A stretch of DNA of 45,676 nt, from NCBI GenBank assembly GCA_045597865.1, contig JAZLKX010000016.1, positions 1-45,676 of the forward strand, written 5' to 3'. The notes under the pieces are model-generated. The model searched no databases. It had not been told where the DNA came from and saw nothing but the letters and a program-made list of their open reading frames with translations. Positions 10,301 to 16,615 of the stretch are shown here, in pieces (the first letter of the stretch is position 1; every line of letters begins with the position of its first letter). Source of the stretch: Bacilli bacterium (lineage in GTDB: Bacteria; Bacillota_I; Bacilli_A; RFN20; CAG-826). A program made the translations under genes and the position numbers.

Positions 10301-11307
10301 TCTTGAATCTTTGGCGAGATGTTAACAATACGAGAATCGAGTGCTTTTTGTTCCTCGATTTCGTTATTTAAGTGTGATTGGAATACAACGTATTGCTCTG
10401 CAATAGCGTTATACATATCTTCAAGAAGTTTATTTGGAACATCAAGTAAGTCTTCTTGAACAAGTGTTTCGTATCCAGTGTTCTCATAGCTTTCAATGAA
10501 TTCCCATAATGCTAAGCAATCCTTAAATAATGGGTTCTTTAAAAGGGTGTTAGTTCTCATAATTGGAAGATGGACAAAGTTTTTGCCCATGCTTTGAATA
10601 AATGATGAACTTGCGTATTCACTAACTACGTTATAGAGTTTTTGGACACGTTTCCATAAATCGGAAGTATAAATATAGTTTTTAATAATCTCGTGCTCTT
10701 TAGGAGCTTGTGCAATCTCAATGGAAAGGGAAATCTTGCCTTTGTATTCATTGTGTTCAAACTTTTGATCCATAGTGATAGAAGTATTCTTTTCATCTTC
10801 ACCACATTCTTTAGCGCCATTGTAACGAATTGCAATAAATGCGTATAAACGGTTGACTAAAGTATTGATAAACTTGTTTTCGTAAGTTAAGAAAGTATCT
10901 TCTTGGAAAACATTCAAAAGTTTTGATGGGACAACACTACCGTCATCTTTAATTTCGTTAATCAAGTCAGTGTGTTGAGATAAATGAATGACTGAACGGC
11001 CATTAATATGTTTAGAAATTTCTACAGGTAAAACTTCTTCTTTTTCTTGAAGTCTAAATTGTGGATTTCTAATGATTGTATCGAGAGATGGAAGGCAATC
11101 TTCGATTGCGTTGATCCAGAGTTCGTCAATTTTCTTAAGCATGAAGCGCTTTTGAAGTTTGACATTTAAATCACCTATGGCGAAAGATCTCATGATTTCA
11201 GTGTAAGTTGGTGATGATTTAACAACACCATTCATTGAATTTGAGGTTTTCTTATAGGTCTCTGTTTCTAATAGAGATTTGTTTTTAGTATCAAATTCGT
11301 ATTCCAT
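7366..11307 (-). CDS. DUF2357 (McrC N-terminal-like) domain protein with four tandem ~150-aa repeats and Pro/Glu-rich linkers; no nuclease domain seen
   Basis: N-terminal region has IIRNP...L...EEV, HLSQHT, P.KLLNV and TYENKFI.TL motifs typical of DUF2357, and follows an McrB-like NTPase. The C-terminal two-thirds are repeats and EP/EE linkers. Confidence 0.72.
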   Translation of the reverse strand: MEYEFDTKNKSLLETETYKKTSNSMNGVVKSSPTYTEIMRSFAIGDLNVKLQKRFMLKKIDELWINAIEDCLPSLDTIIRNPQFRLQEKEEVLPVEISKHINGRSVIHLSQHTDLINEIKDDGSVVPSKLLNVFQEDTFLTYENKFINTLVNRLYAFIAIRYNGAKECGEDEKNTSITMDQKFEHNEYKGKISLSIEIAQAPKEHEIIKNYIYTSDLWKRVQKLYNVVSEYASSSFIQSMGKNFVHLPIMRTNTLLKNPLFKDCLALWEFIESYENTGYETLVQEDLLDVPNKLLEDMYNAIAEQYVVFQSHLNNEIEEQKALDSRIVNISPKIQDELEELDEDEFDYKTLIPDILADELPLEHPDDDIEYAILVALAADSMMYQEENDEEDVAVIDKSGDIQYRYKYSFYARLIKAQLPTQDYYNEIKNELMSYEDIKCFASWNRELFKQGRKPCAKLNCKGKTLFVYLPLDPKEFDANKYHHLDVSKEDGKNEYPFLLKVRSNRACKYAKELIALVMERYEIAKREVYEPKDYHMAPMSLDEMLEKDLARLIGENGSFHSVETVEDQEVPEMEAKPAEPEPVEEPVVEEVKPEEPVVAEEGDEGFGWKYKFSFAARLILSGDERQDFYNAVKNNILSYKKVNSKVSWGHELFKLGRIKIAELKVRGKTLCVYLPLDPDKYDQDRLHFQDMRVEGKEVEFPMMMKVKSDRAVKYVAELIADVMANNNIVKNDAYEEKNYKFAYMTIDEMLVSDPVLAKLIEGEVPNIPSKPVETQPEPVVEPAPAPVEAEEDEEGINFKYKFSFSARLIRAGDDRQDFYNAIKNHALSYKKVNSKISWGHETIKLGRIKIALLKVKGKTLCVYLPLDPDKYDQDRLHFQDLRAEGKEVEFPMMLKVKSDRGVKYACELIDEVMMNNEIPHNDNYEEQDYRLPHMSIEEMLNAEPPLAKLTDNAELPVVEKAPVEVKEEAPVVEEVKPEPVKEPEPIVVEAPVKAEAESEDGLGFNSQYKFSFSARLIFAGDETQDFYNTLKNEFLSYKKVASKISWGHELFKLGRIKLAEFKVRGKGIYVYLPLNPDNYEESRFHHKDLRVEGKEVEFPMLMKVKSARAVNYVIELIKDVMSQYEIVKNDAYVASNYKLESMTIEEMLNAVPSLAKLSEGSFIPSSERKAEEVVVEEIPAPVVEEPTPEPVVEPEPVKESEPMVEPEPVVEEKPAEPEPVKEPEPAIEPEPVKEEPKQAEKKSVSPFSLFRRHKNEEKEVPAPAPQPVVEEPKAEEVKVQEQPKVDEQPKVEKQNKGVYSKFLSGILGKNKK
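7831..10098 (-). repeat. Four intragenic domain repeats (9646-10098, 9025-9483, 8455-8913, 7831-8289)
   Basis: Each reads YK[YF]SF.ARLI...Q[DE][FY]YN..KN...SY.....SW..E..K.GR...A....[KR]GK...VYLPL[DN]P...P...KV[KR]S.R...Y..ELI..VM...M[ST]..EML...LA[KR]L. Copies 2 and 3 share near-identical DNA blocks 570 nt apart. Confidence 0.95.
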
Positions 11308-11357
11308 AGCTCCCTCCTTTCCTTTTTTGAGATTGAGATTATTAAACGTTAATTAAA

Positions 11358-12899
11358 TTAATAGGATTTTTGTAAACGACGTAAGTATGCGATACATTCC
11401 TTCATTGAGTCTTTACCAAAGATTGAATCAAGATTATTGATTAATCCTTTGATTTCGTCACGGATTAAACCAAGGTTTAACATTTCGAATTTTCTAAAGA
11501 CTTTTGTTGCGAGCATGTAGTCGATAGCTTCAATAGCTTCACCACCACAGGCTTCGTAAACTGGAACAAACATCTTAAGTTGTTTCATAATACGGTTACC
11601 GAAGGCAACACGGAAGTGTTCGATGACGTAGTTATCAAGGACTTCAATCTTATCAAGAAGTTCTTGTTTAACTGGGTTATCTTTGATAGCTTTTTCGTAA
11701 AGAGAAGCGACATAGCTATATGAAACACGTTTTGATAGGGTAACAGGTGCATCGAATGCAACACCTTTACTATCAAGGTTAATAATAAATGCACGGTCGT
11801 AGACCTTATCTGAAATTGAGAATGTAGAGTCATCGTTGTTAGCTGTACCGACATACCAGATGTTTTCTGGAATGTGGAGTTTACCATCGGTGAGTTTCTT
11901 TGGATCCTTATCCCAAACTGCTGAGACGAGTTGAATGTTCCATTCAGCTGGGTCTGGCATTTCAAGGATGGATAACATTTCAGCGAAGTAGTATTCGACA
12001 CGAGCGATGTTCATTTCATCGAGGACGATGATATTAATATCATCATTGTAGTTAGATTCATAAATTCTACGTAAGACTTCAGTTTCGTTGAACTTCTTAG
12101 TAAATTCGTTGAAGTAACCAAATAATTCTGAACGGTCTCTCCAAGAAGGTTGAACTGATGCGATTGTAGCTGGGTTTTCGAAGTATTTACCTAAGCAGTA
12201 TGGTAAGGAAGTTTTACCTGTACCGGAAATACCTTGTAAGAGAACCATCTTTGTAGAAGCAAGGCCAGCAAACATAAGTCTGATAACTTTTTCTTCATAG
12301 TAGAGATGTGATTGTGAACATGCATAGTTACGGAAATCTGTACATAATTGTTTAAGATCAACATCGTTTGCGTATGGTTCTGGTTGATAGAATGTGTATT
12401 TTTCATCAACAGCTGCAAGACGATAGAATCTGTTTCCATCCATTGAGCCATCATCAGTGATAAGTTCACCGTTTTCATCGGTCTTCACTTCTGTTTCACC
12501 ATTCATTAAGTCATCAACTGAGAGTTCTTGACCAACTTTGAGTTTGATGATTTCTTCTTTCTCTTTTGTTAACTTGACGACGCTTCTATTTAAAGCAGCG
12601 ATTTCTTCAAGTAAGTCTTCTTTACCAACAACTGTTCTTCTGAAACGGATGTATTTTCTGATAAGAAGTACAAGTAAGAATACAAGGCCAATCCAGAATG
12701 CATAGACTAAGATGAAGCAAAGAATGGATAAAATCCATCCGCCTACACCAAAGCCTTCTTGCCATTTGGAGAAAAGGCCAAAATATGTTTTGAAATCAAA
12801 AATTCCAATTAGTCCCTTGAAAAAAGCAACTATACCATTCCAAATATTACCAAACATTGTGGTCATAAATTGGAAGAACCATTGTAAGAAATTATCCAT
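11358..12899 (-). CDS. McrB-family AAA+ NTPase with N-terminal membrane anchor and coiled coil
   Basis: Walker A GISGTGKT, V.P.W.D..EL.G, Walker B VLDEMNIARVEYYFAE.LS, McrB-type GTANNDD, KVYDRA arginine finger. The N-terminus is an amphipathic segment plus TM, then a coiled coil, with no DNA-recognition domain. Confidence 0.88.
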   Translation of the reverse strand: MDNFLQWFFQFMTTMFGNIWNGIVAFFKGLIGIFDFKTYFGLFSKWQEGFGVGGWILSILCFILVYAFWIGLVFLLVLLIRKYIRFRRTVVGKEDLLEEIAALNRSVVKLTKEKEEIIKLKVGQELSVDDLMNGETEVKTDENGELITDDGSMDGNRFYRLAAVDEKYTFYQPEPYANDVDLKQLCTDFRNYACSQSHLYYEEKVIRLMFAGLASTKMVLLQGISGTGKTSLPYCLGKYFENPATIASVQPSWRDRSELFGYFNEFTKKFNETEVLRRIYESNYNDDINIIVLDEMNIARVEYYFAEMLSILEMPDPAEWNIQLVSAVWDKDPKKLTDGKLHIPENIWYVGTANNDDSTFSISDKVYDRAFIINLDSKGVAFDAPVTLSKRVSYSYVASLYEKAIKDNPVKQELLDKIEVLDNYVIEHFRVAFGNRIMKQLKMFVPVYEACGGEAIEAIDYMLATKVFRKFEMLNLGLIRDEIKGLINNLDSIFGKDSMKECIAYLRRLQKSY

Positions 12900-12922
12900 A
12901 GTTTTATATCCTCCTTTTCAAG

Positions 12923-13636
12923 TTATTTTTTATCCCCAGGATTTTTTGGGTTTTTATTATTAGCCTCTTCGGCTTGTTTTTTTAAGAATTCTTCGATAGC
13001 TTTTTGTTTAATCATTTCCTCTTGTTCTTTAGAAATGTTTTTTATTGTCTTCTTGCCTCTCATGTCTCTAATAATGAGAATCAATTGAACTACCTCATAG
13101 ATGAAGAAGAGTGCAAGAGGTATTACAACACAAACCAAGAATCCAATAGTTGATTGTAAGAATCCAATGATTGAACCTAACACCGGAATTCTCTTTCCTG
13201 TCCACTTTGCTTTAATGTTATCAAGCGATGTAGGAACTTGTTCAGGTCTTGGGTTTGTTGCTTTGTTATCACCTTGAGTTGTGTATTTAGCATCTACACC
13301 GCTACCGTATTTTCCAACGATTGTATGGGAGATAACTTTATTTTCATATTCTGTTTCAGGTCCGTTATAAACAAATGTAATAACGTCTCCGATTTCATAA
13401 TCAACTACTTGATCTTCTCCCCTAACTTCACAAACGATTAAATCGCCTTTATCAAATGTTCCAGTCATTGATTCGGATTCAACAGTAAGAAGTACTTTGT
13501 TTCCGAATTGTGGTGCGCCTGTAGCGGACGCGCGTGAAGTAAATGCGAAAATTGTCATACTAAGTGCGAGGGCAAAAAAGATCCAGAACAATACATTTCC
13601 GGTAATTTTAAGTCCTTTCTTTACTTTTGGGTTCAT
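12923..13636 (-). CDS. sipW: Signal peptidase I, SipW/ER-type (S26B)
   Basis: ATG 13636 with AAAGGAG SD. N-terminal TM, SESM (Ser), GD..., ISHTIV (His), TQGDN, C-terminal TM and charged tail. Confidence 0.88.
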   Translation of the reverse strand: MNPKVKKGLKITGNVLFWIFFALALSMTIFAFTSRASATGAPQFGNKVLLTVESESMTGTFDKGDLIVCEVRGEDQVVDYEIGDVITFVYNGPETEYENKVISHTIVGKYGSGVDAKYTTQGDNKATNPRPEQVPTSLDNIKAKWTGKRIPVLGSIIGFLQSTIGFLVCVVIPLALFFIYEVVQLILIIRDMRGKKTIKNISKEQEEMIKQKAIEEFLKKQAEEANNKNPKNPGDKK

Positions 13637-13724
13637 AATCAAACTCCTTTAGCTATACAAGAATGAATAAATTCTCTGAATTTGGAGCGTCTTATTTGCA
13701 TAAACGCAAATATTACGCACACAC

Positions 13725-13753
13725 ATTTTATCACTATATTTATATAGTGTAAA
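13725..13753 (-). promoter_or_regulatory. Putative internal sigma-A promoter for sipW-AAA-DUF2357-sipW-EAL, with palindrome in the spacer
   Basis: TTTACA-17 nt-TAAAAT with TGn extension. The spacer holds CACTATAT-TT-ATATAGTG (13732-13749). Confidence 0.6.
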
Positions 13754-13754
13754 G

Positions 13755-13784
13755 AAAAAAAGCAACCTTTTCCAAGGTTGCTTT
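13755..13784 (-). terminator. Intrinsic terminator after the putative major subunit gene
   Basis: AAAGCAACCTT-GGAA-AAGGTTGCTTT followed by a U-tract on the minus strand. Confidence 0.88.
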
Positions 13785-13807
13785 AGTTTTTTTAATTACT
13801 AAGCTAA

Positions 13808-14779
13808 TTATTCAGCATCAGCAGCTTCGAAATAGAAGCCAAGATCTAAATCGCCAGTATTTGCTTTTTCAGTGTGGACGTATTTGTCTGTTGATGAAGC
13901 TGTGCCAAGAGCACCAACTTCATATAAACCTGAAACTGATTCGCCAACTGCAACTGTTGCTTGTGTATAAACACCAGCGTTGCTATTGAAGTATGCTTTA
14001 CCAGCTTTTGCTGTACCATCACTTGTTGCTTGCATTGTAACAGAGTTCTTTGCATATTCACCGTCAAGGTAAACGCGGAACTTGAATGCAAGACCTTGTG
14101 CATTTCCTGAAGCATCAAATGATGTTGGGATTGATGCAACATCAAGATCTAATGTTGCAGCAACATTATCTAAGTGATAAGTTTCAAGATATTCAAATGG
14201 AATTGGATCTGTTGATTCATTAACAAGTCCACCAGCATAAACATCGACTGTGAAGCCAAATAAGGTATCACCCATGCCTTGTGTTCCTGCTGACATATTG
14301 TATGCCCAATTCTTTTCAACTTCGATCTTCATTGCGTCTGTCATGGACATAACAATGGTTTTATCCATTGCTTCACCAGCTGATGCAATGTAGACAATGT
14401 AATCTTGATAATAATTGAGTGTTGCGTTGTTGATTGCTTCTCTCCAAGTTGGATCTGTGACAACACCAGTTTTTGGATCGACTACGTCGACATCATCAGT
14501 AATTGTCTTTAAGCCTGTCTTATCTTCTTCAGCAACACCTGTGACATCACCGTGTGTTGAGTGTGATAAGACGTGAGCTTCTGTGTCATTCATGTTAACG
14601 CTAATTGCGTTAATTTGTGCGACTGAGGTACCAATGACAAGAGCGCCATCAGTTGTAGCTTTAACTTTCATGCCTGTTGCTTCAACAGATTTGTTCATAG
14701 AAAACCATGCGTAGGTTGAACCAGTGACTGCTGCTGCACCCATGAGAGCTAATGCGACTGTAGGAATAAGTTTTTTCAT
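13808..14779 (-). CDS. Secreted protein with SipW-class signal peptide, putative major fibre subunit (TasA/camelysin-like)
   Basis: MKK + hydrophobic core + GSTYA|WFSMNKSVEATGMKVKAT. Strong AAAGGAG SD, own terminator, directly upstream of sipW; Ala/Thr/Asp-rich beta content. Confidence 0.75.
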   Translation of the reverse strand: MKKLIPTVALALMGAAAVTGSTYAWFSMNKSVEATGMKVKATTDGALVIGTSVAQINAISVNMNDTEAHVLSHSTHGDVTGVAEEDKTGLKTITDDVDVVDPKTGVVTDPTWREAINNATLNYYQDYIVYIASAGEAMDKTIVMSMTDAMKIEVEKNWAYNMSAGTQGMGDTLFGFTVDVYAGGLVNESTDPIPFEYLETYHLDNVAATLDLDVASIPTSFDASGNAQGLAFKFRVYLDGEYAKNSVTMQATSDGTAKAGKAYFNSNAGVYTQATVAVGESVSGLYEVGALGTASSTDKYVHTEKANTGDLDLGFYFEAADAE

Positions 14780-14855
14780 AAATAGTTTTCTCCTTTCTTA
14801 ATCCTAGATTTTTATTATCTTGCATAAGCAAGTATAATACATTTTTTTGGAGTCC

Positions 14856-15617
14856 TTATTTTACATCGACTCCACCGGCAGAAACTACAGAGAATTTCAT
14901 GTCGATTTTGAACTCGCCACCAATGATATCATCAATGCAATCACGGTCTGTTCCTTCTAACCAGAGCACTATTGTGTACTTGATTACATCATGAGGTTTG
15001 AAGTTCTTTTGATTCTCCATCATAATGACTGTTTTATTCCAGAATGGAGTAGTCATGTATGGAGTTTCTTCCGGTTTTGGATCACCAGTTACTGGATCTT
15101 GTCCAATACGTGCGTAATCAACCGATGTTTTCTCGGTGCCGTTGTAGGTTGTAATTAACCTAACTCTAACGGCGGCCTCAATACCCATTGTCATATTGAC
15201 AATATTGATTGAGTAATCGAAGCTAATTTCCTCTTCACCAGTGTTTTCACAATAGAATGTGTAACAGAGATAATTTTGTCCATTGTCCGACCCGTCAATT
15301 GCACCGAGATCAATCTGATCTAACTGCGTGCCATCAATATTTGTGATGACTTCACTACATCTTGTATTTAATGATGCAGTATATTTTGGGTTATTGTGGT
15401 TCTCGTATAATGCGAGACCATATTGGAGGGAATGGTATTTGTCTACCGCAACAGTGAAGCTACCGAATCTGGTGTACATCACTGATACTGCATAGGCAAT
15501 ACCAACTACGACAGCGATACAAGCTAGGATGATTGGAATTACTTTTTTGTAGATTCTGTATCTTCTAACTTCGTTCGCAGATCGCTTTAGCAGATTTGTA
15601 CCTGACTTTTGTCTCAT
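14856..15617 (-). CDS. Single-pass membrane protein with pilin-like extracellular beta domain (putative anchor/base subunit)
   Basis: Basic N-tail and one TM, no A|WF site. Motifs YTFYCEN.G, A.RVRL and YTIVLWLEGTD.DC. TAATG-coupled to the upstream EAL-like gene. Confidence 0.55.
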   Translation of the reverse strand: MRQKSGTNLLKRSANEVRRYRIYKKVIPIILACIAVVVGIAYAVSVMYTRFGSFTVAVDKYHSLQYGLALYENHNNPKYTASLNTRCSEVITNIDGTQLDQIDLGAIDGSDNGQNYLCYTFYCENTGEEEISFDYSINIVNMTMGIEAAVRVRLITTYNGTEKTSVDYARIGQDPVTGDPKPEETPYMTTPFWNKTVIMMENQKNFKPHDVIKYTIVLWLEGTDRDCIDDIIGGEFKIDMKFSVVSAGGVDVK

Positions 15618-16393
15618 TAGACATCAGCCTCCTCTGCCATCTCAACTGCCGCTTCTAGGGTAATTGGCTCCGTCCCCTCTAGATAGAAGCCAACTGCATC
15701 GGAGTAGCGGATTTCCTTCTTCTTATTTTCGTCACCGACAGCGATTGATTCAACCCCCATCGCACTAATATAAGATAATAAGGAATTAAAGAGTTGAGGT
15801 TTATTTCTACTTCCCGCCCACTCACTTGCTGACTTATCAATGATTGCGAAGTCAACTGGAATGGAGGTAAGTTTAGAAACTTTGAATTCCTCTTTTCCCA
15901 CACCTTGTAGAGCTGTGCGGACTTTGAGAAGCTTCATATCAAGTACTGCATATTTAACTTTCTCCGCATCAAACTCTAGAAGATTTTCTGGGAATTCCAA
16001 GCAGAGTTTACTAGGATCAACGCTTGGGTTTTGTTGGAGAACTCCTTTTACTAATTCGTAGAGGGATGTTCTTTCAATTATTTCCCCTGGACATCTCACC
16101 GAGATAAATCCGACCTGCTTGTTTGCCTTTTGGAAGGCTTTGATAGCACCAATTGCGTGCATGATGTTGTGTTTTAGAAGTTCTATTCCACACAATCTCT
16201 TCTCAGAGATATGCTTGTAGTTTTCTTCTTTTAGTTCACCAAACACAATTGAATTGATGCTTGTTGCGGTTCTGAATGCAATTGCTTCAGGACCATCAAC
16301 ATTAACTATAGGATAGTACTTAAGCTCAATTGGAGCGACACCTGAATCTAGAGTTAGTTTAACATGTTGGTTGAACGTTAATTCTTTATCCAT
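15617..16393 (-). CDS. Stand-alone catalytically degenerate EAL-domain protein
   Basis: EAL-barrel remnants LKYYPI, FISVR, LCLEFPE, IDKS. The ExL, N, DDFGxGYSS and EGVE catalytic motifs are lost. Confidence 0.75.
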   Translation of the reverse strand: MDKELTFNQHVKLTLDSGVAPIELKYYPIVNVDGPEAIAFRTATSINSIVFGELKEENYKHISEKRLCGIELLKHNIMHAIGAIKAFQKANKQVGFISVRCPGEIIERTSLYELVKGVLQQNPSVDPSKLCLEFPENLLEFDAEKVKYAVLDMKLLKVRTALQGVGKEEFKVSKLTSIPVDFAIIDKSASEWAGSRNKPQLFNSLLSYISAMGVESIAVGDENKKKEIRYSDAVGFYLEGTEPITLEAAVEMAEEADV

Positions 16394-16433
16394 TTTTTGC
16401 TCCTTTCTTTGCTTTTTTTACCCCCCGAGAAAT

Positions 16434-16477
16434 AAAAAATCAGTTGCGAGGTAGGAAATCCTAACCTATTGCAACTG
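16434..16477 (-). terminator. Riboswitch expression-platform terminator (ON-switch architecture)
   Basis: CAGTTGC...AGGT.AGGA-TT-TCCT-ACCT..GCAACTG-ATTTTTT; the left arm overlaps the aptamer 3' end. Confidence 0.8.
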
Positions 16478-16536
16478 GCTGCCTACAGAGGCCCTATAGC
16501 TTTGCGCCATACCCTTCCGGGTATTTTGCCCATAAT
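16468..16536 (-). ncRNA. GEMM-I c-di-GMP riboswitch, canonical G20
   Basis: ATGGGCAAAATACCC-GGAA-GGGTATGGCGCAAAGCTATAGGGCCTCTGTAGGCAGCCAGTTGCAAT: GGCAAA, P2 with GNRA loop, GCAAAG junction, P3. Confidence 0.92.
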
Positions 16537-16615
16537 TCATGCGATATTTCGCACTACTTACACCATTATTATTATAAATACTTTCGATTTTGTCAATAGT
16601 TTTTTGATATTTTTT

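Noticed and set aside
7366-12899. Calling the pair a conventional McrBC restriction system
   Set aside because: No DNA-reader domain and no recognisable nuclease, and the NTPase is membrane-anchored inside a sipW operon.
16571-16596. Perfect TTGACA and TATAAT upstream of the G20 riboswitch
   Set aside because: The spacer is only 14 nt. A promoter is probably here, but the exact boxes cannot be supported.
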